Origin: an uncultured bacterium
Lineage (GTDB): Bacteria; Chloroflexota; UBA5177; JANWHV01
Direction: 5' to 3'
DNA length: 64,000 nt
NCBI GenBank assembly: GCA_963827235.1
Contig: CAWHAE010000009.1
Location: forward strand, 768,001-832,000
Shown piece after piece: positions 19,888-29,142 of the stretch (positions within the stretch are counted from its first letter, which is position 1; each line of letters opens with the position of its first letter). A model generated the notes under the pieces. The model was not told the origin of the DNA, made no database searches, and saw only the letters and a list, made by a program, of their open reading frames with translations. A program made the translations under genes and the position numbers.

Positions 19888-20829
19888 ATGCAGCGTGAGC
19901 GCTTCCATGCCATGGGCACGACGGTGTCGCTCTTGCTGCCCGAGCAGCGGGCACACGATGGGAAGCGGGCCGTGCAGGCCCTCTTCGCAGAGTGGGAGGA
20001 GACGCTCAGCCGCTTTCGACCCGACAGCGAGTTGTCGCGCCTCAACGGCCAGGCCGGCCGGCCGGTGGCGGTGAGCCCTCTGCTCTACCACGTCTTGCAG
20101 ACGGCCCTCTCGGCGGCTGAGTCGACGGAGGGTGCCTACGATCCCTCGATGCTGTACCAGATCGCCGACCTGGGATACGACCGCACCTTCGACGAGCTCA
20201 TGGCAACCACGGGCGACGGTGCTGGCCCGTCTGGTCGAGCGTCCGCTGGGGAGAGTCCGGCGCGACCGCGCGCCGGCTGGCGGCAGATCAAGCTGGATCG
20301 GGAGCGCGGCGAGGTTACCCTTCCCGAAGGCGTGGGCGTGGACTTCGGCGGGATCGCCAAGGGATTGGCGGTGGACGAGTCGCTGGTCCGGCTCCGCCTG
20401 ATCGGCATCGAGGCGGCCATGGTGAACGCCGGCGGCGATCTTGCCGTGCGCGGACTGCCTCCTCGACTCGACTGTTGGCCCGTCGTGGTGCAGGGCATCG
20501 ACCGGGCGTGGACCATTCCCTTGCGCAACGGCGCGATCGCGACCTCCGGCATCGCCCGCAGGCACTGGCTTCAAGGGAATGCCGAGCGGCATCACTTGCT
20601 CGATCCCGGTACCGGGATGCCGGCGAGGAGCGGGCTGTGGGCCGTATCGGCCGTGGCAGGAGTTTGCGGTCAGGCCGAGGTAGCCGCGAAGACGGCGTTC
20701 ATTCGCGGGCCGGCCAGCGGCCGCCGGTTCCTCGAGATGCACGGTCTTGCCGGGCTGCTGGTGCAGAGCAATGGCGACTGGATCGTGGCCGGCAACCTGG
20801 TGTTGACAGAGCTGCAGGACAATAGCTGA
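19888..20829 (+). CDS. apbE: FAD:protein FMN transferase (ApbE family)
   Basis: AMGT, E..LSRF.PDSELSRLN, T.G.YDP, D.GGIAKG.AVD, NAGGD, ATSG, HHLLDP.TG.P; no obvious signal peptide. Confidence 0.92.
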   Translation: MQRERFHAMGTTVSLLLPEQRAHDGKRAVQALFAEWEETLSRFRPDSELSRLNGQAGRPVAVSPLLYHVLQTALSAAESTEGAYDPSMLYQIADLGYDRTFDELMATTGDGAGPSGRASAGESPARPRAGWRQIKLDRERGEVTLPEGVGVDFGGIAKGLAVDESLVRLRLIGIEAAMVNAGGDLAVRGLPPRLDCWPVVVQGIDRAWTIPLRNGAIATSGIARRHWLQGNAERHHLLDPGTGMPARSGLWAVSAVAGVCGQAEVAAKTAFIRGPASGRRFLEMHGLAGLLVQSNGDWIVAGNLVLTELQDNS

Positions 20830-20900
20830 CTGCCGGTCCCGCGGAGATTACCGCGCCCGCTGCCGGTCGCGCGGATCGCTAGACGCTGAAGGTAGGGATC

Positions 20901-21521
20901 GTGACTGACTGGAACCAGGTGACATGGACCGTGGCCCGCGCCGGAGGCATGACCGCGTATGCGCTGGTCACCACGTCGGTCGTGCTGGGTCTCGCGCTCT
21001 CTATGCGCTGGCAGCGCCCAAGCTGGCCGCGCCTGATCACCAATGAGCTGCACTCGTTTGTGACCCTGCTCAGCCTGGTGTTCGTGGCCGTGCACGTCGG
21101 GGCCGTGTGGATCGATCCCTATCTGAAGTTTGGCTGGAACGAGGTGTTCATACCCTTTGCCAGTCACTATCGTCCGCTCTGGACGGCCCTCGGCATCGTG
21201 GGCCTCTACTTGCTGCTCGCGGTGCGAATCAGCACGCAGATCCGGCCCTGGATCGGGCAGACATGGTGGAGGCGGCTGCATGGCCTGGCCTTCGTCGTGT
21301 TTGCCTTCACCACCGTGCACGGCATGACCGCGGGCAGCGACGCGCGGACGCCCTGGGCGATCGCGATCTACTGCGCCGCGCTGCTGTTGGTCGGCGGGCT
21401 CCTGCAGGTGCGCCTCTTGACCCCGATCGGCGCGCGCGGCCGGACCTACCCGGGGCTGGCGGTCGTGGCACTGCTCTTCACTCTGGGCTGCGTGCTGTGG
21501 ACGTTGACCGCGCCGCTCTGA
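20901..21521 (+). CDS. Ferric reductase-like (MsrQ-like) transmembrane cytochrome b
   Basis: W...RA.G..AY; heme His candidates ELH...VH and RRLH...VH; W.RLH.L; GTG start. Confidence 0.85.
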   Translation: MTDWNQVTWTVARAGGMTAYALVTTSVVLGLALSMRWQRPSWPRLITNELHSFVTLLSLVFVAVHVGAVWIDPYLKFGWNEVFIPFASHYRPLWTALGIVGLYLLLAVRISTQIRPWIGQTWWRRLHGLAFVVFAFTTVHGMTAGSDARTPWAIAIYCAALLLVGGLLQVRLLTPIGARGRTYPGLAVVALLFTLGCVLWTLTAPL

Positions 21522-21597
21522 TGCCTCGCGACTCCGGGCGACGGGCTAGGAGGCCGGAGAGGGCGCGGCACCGGCGGCTACGTCCGCCCGGTACCGG

Positions 21598-22443
21598 TCA
21601 TCCGGCGTGCGTCAAGTCGATCGGCTCACCGATCCGTGGGATGAGCACCTCGCCGCGCCCGCCCAGCTTGCGATAAGTCTCGGCAAAGAGCGCAGGATCG
21701 AGCGTCGCCTCGTCGCCCGCCGTGTTGACTGCCCACAGGTAGTGGTGCATGGGAATGACCACGCGGGCACCTAGCTGCCAGGCCAGCATGGCCGCTTCGT
21801 GTGCGTTCATGTTGCCGCCGACGCCGTTGATGCATATGCTTGCCACGTCGAAGCGGCGCTGCTTGAGCAGGCGCAGGCGCACGTCGTACTCCGTGTCTCC
21901 CGAGTGATAGATGGTCACGCCCTGCGCGGTCAGCACGATACCCATCGCGTCGGGCGTCTCCCATCCCAGCGAGTCTGTCACGTGGCGCGCGGGCACGTGT
22001 GCGATCGTGGCGTCCTTGACAGGCACGGACTGGCCCTCGGAAAGCGCGATTACGCGGCTGCGAGGCACGCCCCAGCCCAGGGCACGGGACATCGCCGAGG
22101 GCGGCATGACGAAGCGAGTCCCGGCGCTATGTTGGGCGATGAGCGGAATCGTGCCGGGGTCCAGGTGGTCCTCGTGCCAGTGCGAGGAGACTACCACGTC
22201 GGGCCGGGCCTCTTCAGGGGCAATGGGCGCCGGGAAGGCGCGTGCCTGGTCGAAAATACGGGCGACGCTGTCGGAGAGGTATGGATCCACGTAGATCTGT
22301 GTGCCGTCCGGTGTCTTGAAGACGAAGCCGGAACCGCCCAGCCACCACGCGGTCACATGCCCTTGGGGCACGGCATACTCGGCAATGCGCCCGACCAACC
22401 CGCGCTGCTCGCCCGCCACGTTCATCGTTGTTCCCCTTTCCAT
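21598..22443 (-). CDS. MBL-fold metallo-hydrolase (UlaG-like)
   Basis: WWLG.SGF, VDPYLS, SHWHEDHLD, YHSGDT, VIPMH. Confidence 0.88.
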   Translation of the reverse strand: MERGTTMNVAGEQRGLVGRIAEYAVPQGHVTAWWLGGSGFVFKTPDGTQIYVDPYLSDSVARIFDQARAFPAPIAPEEARPDVVVSSHWHEDHLDPGTIPLIAQHSAGTRFVMPPSAMSRALGWGVPRSRVIALSEGQSVPVKDATIAHVPARHVTDSLGWETPDAMGIVLTAQGVTIYHSGDTEYDVRLRLLKQRRFDVASICINGVGGNMNAHEAAMLAWQLGARVVIPMHHYLWAVNTAGDEATLDPALFAETYRKLGGRGEVLIPRIGEPIDLTHAG

Positions 22444-22654
22444 AACATCACGGTTACTCCCGACATGCTAGCTCACGCTTCCCGGCCGCGACAAGCCGGG
22501 CTGTTGACCTGCCTGGCTATCGTGGTTCTCTGGTGGGCGACAGGGACGTACCGCCGCGCCGTAGCGTGACTCGTCGGCCTGCGCCAGGCGGCTGGCTTCT
22601 CCAGACGCGACGGACTGCCGTGTTTCTCGAGAGACTGAGCTCAGTGCGCTGCAT

Positions 22655-23380
22655 TCAGCGCCAGCGGGCCGCCAGCCACTCGGCATGCGGCATGCCGCTC
22701 TGCAATATTGCCTGCGCCACGCGATCCGCGTCGATGGGCAGGCGTCGCAGCTCGGCGCTGAGGCGCCCTGCCTCGTGCTCGACGATCGCGTACTCGGCCC
22801 AGGGCAAATGATGCGTGCCTTCCACGGTCACCTCGAAAGGCAGCCCGACGCTTCCCGGGTTGAGCAGCAGCGCCTGCCGGTAGCGCCGGACGAACGGGAC
22901 GTGGGTGTGGCCTCCGGCCATCACCAGAGCGCCGTGTCCCGCCAGCATGCGTGCAAGTACATTGTCCGGCGTAGCGGGAAAGATGTCGGCGATGTTGCTG
23001 CGCGGCGATCCGTGGAAGCAGAGCATCGAGGCATGGTCGTCCAGCGAGAGGGTGATCGTGGACCGGAAGCTACGAAGCAAAGCCAGATCCTCCGCGCTGA
23101 GCCGAGATGCGCACCAGCCATCTATCTCAACCCAGCGGCGCCCTTCCTCGTCGAGCGGCACGCTCCGCACCTGACGGACGGCGTCGGCGTCGGTATTGCC
23201 CAGTACGCACGGGCAGGCCAGCTCGCGCAGTCGCAGCATCACCTCGTGGGGTTGGGGCCCACCGGCAGCTACGTCGCCCAGGCACACGACCTCTTCGACC
23301 CCTGCGCGTGCGAGGTCGGCGAGCACCGCCTCCAGGGAAATCAGATTCCCATGGATGTCGGAGATGACGGCCACGCGCAC
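22655..23380 (-). CDS. Calcineurin-like metallophosphoesterase
   Basis: SDIHGN, CLGD, GNTD, HGSP, GHTH, NPGSVG; GTG start with SD GGAGG. Confidence 0.9.
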   Translation of the reverse strand: MRVAVISDIHGNLISLEAVLADLARAGVEEVVCLGDVAAGGPQPHEVMLRLRELACPCVLGNTDADAVRQVRSVPLDEEGRRWVEIDGWCASRLSAEDLALLRSFRSTITLSLDDHASMLCFHGSPRSNIADIFPATPDNVLARMLAGHGALVMAGGHTHVPFVRRYRQALLLNPGSVGLPFEVTVEGTHHLPWAEYAIVEHEAGRLSAELRRLPIDADRVAQAILQSGMPHAEWLAARWR

Positions 23381-23408
23381 GTTCAGTACCTCCCGGCGAC
23401 CGCGACGA

Positions 23409-24266
23409 TCATGTCGAAACGGCCGTGCGCGGCTCCGGATCGCCGGCTGGCTCGGATAGTCCGGCACCGCTCTCGATCAACCTGGTCAGCCGCTTGATGA
23501 AACGGGCTGCCGGCGCGCCGTCGATGACGTCGTGGTCCATGGCGAGGGTCAGGCAGAGGTAGTCGCGCGTCTCGATGTGCTCGGCGGCCAGGACCGGCCT
23601 GTTGCTGACGCCTCCCACGATCAACGTGAGTGTGTGGGCCATGGGCGCCACGCCCCATCCCGCGCCGCGACCGAACATGCTCATAGCCGTGAACCCCACG
23701 GTCCCGGTGAGGCGCTTGCGGCGGAACGGATCGCGCACCGCCCACTGCCAGACTAGGCGCCGCGCTGCGCCCGGGAGCAGCAGCCAGCTCGAGAGCAGGC
23801 GCCCAACCTGCGGCCGCAGCCACCGCGGTAGAGTGCGTACGGCCACGGTATCCGGATCGTCGTCCTGAGCCCTCTGCAGCTCCTGCTGGATCTGTGACAA
23901 CGTCTTTGTGTTGGCAGCCCGCAGGACCGTGGGCATGGGCATCTTCAACCCGTGCACGTCCCGTTCCACCATGATGCCGAGGTCGACCTCCGCGAAGTGC
24001 ACCAGCCGGCGCCGGCCAAGCCGGTAGGCGTGCATCGCCTTATCCTCGTCCACCGCGCGCGCCAGGCAGTAGATGAGAAAGCCGGTGAGCGAAAGCGGCG
24101 AGCCCGTGCGGGCGCGGTAGGCTCTGACGGCGGCGCGGCACGAGGTGACGTCCACCTCGGCCAGGGCGTACATCATGTGCCGCCGGCGATTGAGCTCCAT
24201 CCAGTCGATTGCCTGACGCCGAAGCGGCAGAAACGGTACCGTGGAATGGTCGGGCTGCGGAGGCAT
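23409..24266 (-). CDS. Stand-alone 2-oxo-acid dehydrogenase E2 catalytic-domain acyltransferase
   Basis: EVDVT, L.LTL..DHDVIDGAPAARF (HxxxDG); no lipoyl domain. Confidence 0.82.
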   Translation of the reverse strand: MPPQPDHSTVPFLPLRRQAIDWMELNRRRHMMYALAEVDVTSCRAAVRAYRARTGSPLSLTGFLIYCLARAVDEDKAMHAYRLGRRRLVHFAEVDLGIMVERDVHGLKMPMPTVLRAANTKTLSQIQQELQRAQDDDPDTVAVRTLPRWLRPQVGRLLSSWLLLPGAARRLVWQWAVRDPFRRKRLTGTVGFTAMSMFGRGAGWGVAPMAHTLTLIVGGVSNRPVLAAEHIETRDYLCLTLAMDHDVIDGAPAARFIKRLTRLIESGAGLSEPAGDPEPRTAVST

Positions 24267-24454
24267 GGGCAGTGCTTTCTTGCTTGCCGGCAGAGCCCGG
24301 CAACGGGTGTCGGACCTGATGCCGCGCGCAGGCATCATGCGTAGGGTACCAGCGCGGCGGGCCGAGCGGGCATCGGATTGGGCATGAGACACGGCTCGCA
24401 CGAGGTCCGTTCGACGTGCTTGACGGCAGGCGCTGCCGTCCGGAGGGCCCGGTT

Positions 24455-24888
24455 ATGGCTGTTCCCGTTCTCGAGCTCGAGGAGCTGTGCAAGCGCTATG
24501 GGGACGTGCAGGCACTGGAGGACCTGAGCTTCCAGGTGAGAGCCGGTGAGCTGTTCGGCTTCGTCGGCAGCAATGGCGCCGGCAAGACCACCGTGATGTG
24601 AGTCTGCCGATCGTCGCCGGCTTTCTCCTGACCTACGCCGCCATCGCCTCGCCGTACGCGTGGTGGATACAGTTGCTCTCCTTCCTGCCGCCCCTGGCGC
24701 CGGTGCTGATACCGGCGCGACTGGCTCTGGGAGCCATCTCGTGGTGGGAGATGCCCGTCGCCCTGCTGATCACGGGTGCTGCCGTGTACGGTATGGCACG
24801 CCTGGCGGCTCGGATCTACTCCCCGGCACTGGTCTGCGGCGGCGGCCGGCTGGGCTGGGGCGAAGCGCTCCGTCTGCGCAACGGCTGA
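24455..24888 (+). pseudogene. Internally deleted ABC-2 exporter: N-terminus of ATPase abutting C-terminus of permease
   Basis: 24455-24601 stops just after Walker A (GSNGAGKTT); 24598-24888 matches only the final TM helices of an ABC-2 permease (LSFLPP.AP...P.R...W....A.L...ARIY). Confidence 0.75.
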
Positions 24889-24925
24889 CGCGGACGCCAT
24901 CCTGCCCCGGACGCGGGCTGGAGTA

Positions 24926-24962
24926 TTGACGTCCGCCTGCCGCCGTTGTACTATTACGTAAT
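24926..24962 (+). promoter_or_regulatory. Sigma70 promoter and palindromic operator for padR
   Basis: TTGACG-17 bp-TACTAT (24926-24954); perfect palindrome ATTACGTAAT at 24953-24962. Confidence 0.6.
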
Positions 24963-25004
24963 GCGATATAGCGATAAGTGTACTAGCAGTCGGGACGTTG
25001 GGAG

Positions 25005-25322
25005 ATGAGCGTCGAGTCGCCAGACCTGGGAAGATTCACGGAGCCGTCGCTCTTCATCCTGGTCAGCTTGGCGTCGGGTCCGAAGCATGGCTACGCGATG
25101 ATGGATGACATCGAGAGCTTCGCAGCAGTACGTCTGGGAGCTGGGACTCTCTACGGGGCACTCGCGCGCCTGGAAGGCCGTGGCTGGGTGGAGGCACTGC
25201 CGTCCGAGGATCGGCGGCGGCCGTATCGTCTGACGCGAGCCGGGGCAGATGTGCTTGAAGCGAAGCTGTCCGGGCTCGACGCCTGTGTGGCGCTGGGACG
25301 CCGCCGTCTGGCGGCGTCATGA
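25005..25322 (+). CDS. PadR family transcriptional regulator (short subfamily)
   Basis: IL.SL..GP.HGYA...I....GTLYGAL.RLE..G.V...RRRPYRLT..G. Confidence 0.9.
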   Translation: MSVESPDLGRFTEPSLFILVSLASGPKHGYAMMDDIESFAAVRLGAGTLYGALARLEGRGWVEALPSEDRRRPYRLTRAGADVLEAKLSGLDACVALGRRRLAAS

Positions 25323-25888
25323 GACGGTTGCTTGTCCTGCTTTATCCCCGTACGTGGCGGCAGCGCTATGCCGCTGAGTTTCTTGCCCTGCTCGAGCAGG
25401 AGGCGCTGACACCTGGAGAGCTCCTCGATATCGTGCGTGGTGCCCTCGACGCACATCGACTGCACCTCGCGCAGCGATCCCAGGCCGTTCACACCGGCGT
25501 TGCATCGGGCATCAGCCGTCGTAAATCACGAGAACGAAGGGAGTGGCAGGTGGATCGGGAACGTGACGCTATGCGGTGCTCGTTCTGCGGAAAGAGCCAG
25601 AACCAGGTCAGCCGGCTCATCGCGGGTCCCCACGTCTATGTCTGCGACGAATGCGTCGGCCGGTGTAACCAAATACTGGCGGACTATGGGGCCAAGCCGC
25701 CCGCAGCCGCTCGTCATCGCGCGTGGCGACGATGGCGAGCGAGAGCCTGGCACGCCTGCCGCGGTGTCTTGAGACTGCCGGGCAGCATACTGTTGGATCG
25801 AGGATGGACACGCTACGGCCGGACGCAGGCGCTCGCCCTGGCCGGGATAGTGGTCGAGGATCCGCGCCAAGTGCCCGCCAAGCGGTGA
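25319..25888 (+). CDS. PadR-partner N-terminal domain fused to ClpX C4-type zinc finger
   Basis: LL.LYP..WR.RY..E...LL...D..RGA.DA N-terminus; [30 protein letters not shown]; ATGA overlap with padR. Confidence 0.75.
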   Translation: MRRLLVLLYPRTWRQRYAAEFLALLEQEALTPGELLDIVRGALDAHRLHLAQRSQAVHTGVASGISRRKSRERREWQVDRERDAMRCSFCGKSQNQVSRLIAGPHVYVCDECVGRCNQILADYGAKPPAAARHRAWRRWRARAWHACRGVLRLPGSILLDRGWTRYGRTQALALAGIVVEDPRQVPAKR

Positions 25889-25927
25889 CCGGTGCCCATG
25901 GCCTCCCTGGCTAGCTGAGCGTCACCA

Positions 25928-26713
25928 TCAGGGCCAGCGTGGAGGGATCGAGGGCTCCACGACCTGCAGCATGCCGTGTACCGTCTGCCCCGAAAGCACG
26001 TGCACCGCGGGGTTAGCGACGGTGATGCCGGGTACGGGGTCGTAGAGATTGAAGGAGGCGTCCGTGTCGGGCCCTCCCAGCGAGGTGACCGTGACCGGAA
26101 TGCCGCCGGATCGTCCCTGGGCAATGCTGATCTGTACCGCTTCCACCGATGCGCTGATGCCGCCCACGAACATGCTGATCGGCACCTGCGCCGTGGCCGT
26201 GCCCAGCGAGATGGACAGAGTGCCAGTGGGAGAGACCTGCCCGTCTGCCTGGTTACCCGTCACCTGGATCTGCACCATCTCACGCGCCTTCACCGCGAGG
26301 GAGCCAGATCCGGGTGTCTGCGCGTCGAGGGTACAGACATTCTGGTAGTAGGATGTCTTGCCCTTGTAGCCTCGGGGCAACTCCCCTGGATCAATGAAGA
26401 CTCGCTCCCGGGTGACGGTGTAGCTGGCCAGGCTGGCTACCTGGAAGTCGGCGCTGCCATTGGTGATGCTGGCCGTGACAGTCCCGTCGACCGGGGAAAC
26501 GAAGGATTCCGTGGCGCTCGCCGTGCTGCCCGGCGTGGCGCGACCCAGGTCGAGGCTGGGAAGCTGATCCCAGGGGTTCAGACTGCAGGCCGTCGTCGTA
26601 TCGCCGCTTGACGCGGTGGCCCCGGCAGGCGCGACAAGCGGCGCCATCGTCAGGTTGCCCGCAATGAGGAGACCAAGGATCAGGCATGTGACGCTGCCGT
26701 CTCGGAGATTCAT
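25928..26713 (-). CDS. Secreted hypothetical protein, beta-strand (Ig-like) rich, possibly C-terminally truncated
   Basis: Signal peptide ending A-x-A; T/S/V/G-rich alternating pattern. Confidence 0.65.
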   Translation of the reverse strand: MNLRDGSVTCLILGLLIAGNLTMAPLVAPAGATASSGDTTTACSLNPWDQLPSLDLGRATPGSTASATESFVSPVDGTVTASITNGSADFQVASLASYTVTRERVFIDPGELPRGYKGKTSYYQNVCTLDAQTPGSGSLAVKAREMVQIQVTGNQADGQVSPTGTLSISLGTATAQVPISMFVGGISASVEAVQISIAQGRSGGIPVTVTSLGGPDTDASFNLYDPVPGITVANPAVHVLSGQTVHGMLQVVEPSIPPRWP

Positions 26714-26827
26714 CTGGCATCACTTTTCCACTCGATGCACGGAGTTCGGTTACACGTGCACATCGACGAGCAATTGGCGCTGAATCGTTTTTCGTGCTTC
26801 GCGACTTGAGTGTGTGCTTGCGTCGCG

Positions 26828-27784
26828 CTAGTTGCCGCCGGAGCGGCCCTGAATGGCGTTGAAACCGCCCGGTCCAAATGCCCGCACCACGCCGATATTG
26901 CCTGTAACTCCCGCTTCCACCAGCGCATCGCCGCCCGCCTTGGTGATGGCCAGGTAGCCGGCTTGCGCATGCGCGGCGAGCTCGGCTTCCAACTGCGAGC
27001 TATTGCCTTCAATGTCGAGTGCTCCACCCGTGCTGCTGACGCCCAGCGTGGCGACGTTGGTACCGGCGCTGTTTTTCACGTCGACGGCCCCGCCGGTGCT
27101 CGAGGCTCCGAGGTTCACGAGTACATGCCCATTGCCATCGTGCAGGGTGACGGCGCCGGGACCGCCCGGTGAGACAATGCCGATACCGAGCGCAACCTTG
27201 TTGTTCGTGCCGCTGAACTGCAAGGACATCGGCGATCCCTGCTGTGCCTGCAGTCTACCCTGCGCATTTTGCGCGTAGACAACGACCGATCCAGTGGTCC
27301 CGTTCGCCCGCAGGCCCACGCCGACCGTCTCCTGTCCGGAGTCGGGCGCAAGCTGCAGATTGCCGCCGCCCCCGCCGACATTCGAGTCGCCAAGCGAGAC
27401 GACGGCAGGTCCATTGACTCCACCATGGCGCACGGTGAGATACGGGAGACCGTTGTACGTGTCCATAGTGACGACCCCCCCGGATCCCGCGAAGTAGGTC
27501 AGGCCGCTCCCGTCGACCTGCAGGATTGTCACCCCGTTGTTGCCCAGCACTTTGAACGGTCCCTTGACGGTCAGGCCAGACGCCGTGGACGGCGCGGACG
27601 AGGCGGCGGTCAGGCCAAGCACGAACATGAGCACACCGCCGGTACCGGCTGCGGCCAGCAGGCGGGCCAAGCGGCCGCGCCGCGAGGCCCCGTGGAGCAC
27701 CTGCACCTGCCTCTGTGTCTGTTCCAGCTCAGCTGCAAGGCTCTGGAGTTGTCGCTCGAGCCCGGCAATCTGTTCGTCGCTCAC
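26828..27784 (-). CDS. Hypothetical protein: coiled coil, hydrophobic segment, Gly-rich beta-repeats
   Basis: Heptad N-terminus (IAGLERQLQSLAAELEQ); ~22-aa repeats GG.V.L.N..G..VA.LG; SD-like GAAAGCGAG. Confidence 0.75.
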   Translation of the reverse strand: MSDEQIAGLERQLQSLAAELEQTQRQVQVLHGASRRGRLARLLAAAGTGGVLMFVLGLTAASSAPSTASGLTVKGPFKVLGNNGVTILQVDGSGLTYFAGSGGVVTMDTYNGLPYLTVRHGGVNGPAVVSLGDSNVGGGGGNLQLAPDSGQETVGVGLRANGTTGSVVVYAQNAQGRLQAQQGSPMSLQFSGTNNKVALGIGIVSPGGPGAVTLHDGNGHVLVNLGASSTGGAVDVKNSAGTNVATLGVSSTGGALDIEGNSSQLEAELAAHAQAGYLAITKAGGDALVEAGVTGNIGVVRAFGPGGFNAIQGRSGGN

Positions 27785-28108
27785 ATTCTTCTCGCTTTCC
27801 TGTGGCGCGGGTCCACTATCGGCGCCGCTTTCAGCTCATTCCGGCGGCTCGGCTTCATCTTCACGTGTGGCCAAGGCTGCAATGACGCCTGTGTGTGCAT
27901 CACGGTCAAGGTCTGGCGAGACCATCATTGGACCGGAGCCTCCATTCTCGCCACTCTCGGCGAGAGATGCTGGAGAACAGCATGCCTTTCGGGCTCAGCC
28001 TGACTCGTGACGGCTGCCCGTTCCCTGCCGCTGTGGAAAGGGCGTTTGCTACGCGTGCTGCGTGCGGCAGTTCGACAGCGCCTGCGCGACCATCGGAGCA
28101 CGCAGAGC

Positions 28109-28951
28109 CTACTGAATTGTGAATGTGGCCTGCGCCACGGTGTTGCTGACCACCACCACGTGCACCACCCCGGCCATACCGCTCGGCACTATCCAGCTAT
28201 AGGCGAAGTTGCCGTCCGCGCCGGCTTTCTTGGGTCCGAGCACCTGCTGGCTGCCGGACGGATAAGTAATCACCACAGTCAGCATGGCGTTTGGCGTCGT
28301 GGTGATCAGCGCCGTCTCCTGACTGCCCGACGCAACCGAGGAAGAGAAGAGCTTCAGGGTCGTCTTGCCGCTGCCGGCCGCGGTGGCGCCGCTCCCGGCG
28401 CTCCCGGTGCCACCGCCCGATCCGAAAGCCGGCGGTGTCGATGCGGCTTTGGGCACGCTGGTGATCACGCTGGCATTGCCGAGCATCAGCATGTCTGCCT
28501 TCTTCTGGTTCTCCTTCAGCGACAGCTTGAACTGGCTGCTCTGCCCGAAGGGCAAAGTCAGGGTCGTCGCGGCCTGACCGGCCGTCTTGCTGATATTCTT
28601 TACTACCCGGCCGTCGACCGTCACGACGAGCGTTGCCCCACCCGACGTGTCGCTGAAGCCGTCGGCAATACCCACGGCCACCGTAAAGGCGGCGTAGCCC
28701 GGATAGGCGCGCGGGGCGATAGTGACGTAGGCGCCGGTCGTGCCCATCAGGATGGCGTGCGCGTAGTTCTCGCCGGCAATCGTCTTGTTGGTCCAGTTGG
28801 ACACGCCGGAGAAATCCGCCATGTCCGAGGTCTGGAGATACCGCGGGCCCGACGCCAGCGCCGGGTGACTCGGGCCGAACAGGGTGGAGAGCGTCGCCAC
28901 CAGGGCGATAACCAGGGCGATCAGACCGGCCGGCTTTCTCTTACGGGACAT
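28109..28951 (-). CDS. Secreted protein, NPCBM/NEW2-like domain, linker and small Ig-like domain
   Basis: SD AAAGGA; signal peptide ALA; I.G..Y..AI...F...VGI.D...V.VDG pattern; C-terminal AD.NF.YSW.VP. Confidence 0.7.
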   Translation of the reverse strand: MSRKRKPAGLIALVIALVATLSTLFGPSHPALASGPRYLQTSDMADFSGVSNWTNKTIAGENYAHAILMGTTGAYVTIAPRAYPGYAAFTVAVGIADGFSDTSGGATLVVTVDGRVVKNISKTAGQAATTLTLPFGQSSQFKLSLKENQKKADMLMLGNASVITSVPKAASTPPAFGSGGGTGSAGSGATAAGSGKTTLKLFSSSVASGSQETALITTTPNAMLTVVITYPSGSQQVLGPKKAGADGNFAYSWIVPSGMAGVVHVVVVSNTVAQATFTIQ

Positions 28952-29142
28952 GGTGGTTTCCTTTCGACGTCTACTTGCTCGGGAGCGGGATGCGTGATCT
29001 ATCCGTAGCGAAACCCACTCGTTCTTCCTGGCCTCGTATGTTCGCGGTTGTCGGCTGTGGTTCGAGTCTGTGCCTTCCCTCATCGCCGAGCCATGACGTT
29101 TGGTCACCGAAGAGTCACCGGCTGCCGGTAAGAGGGTGAACA

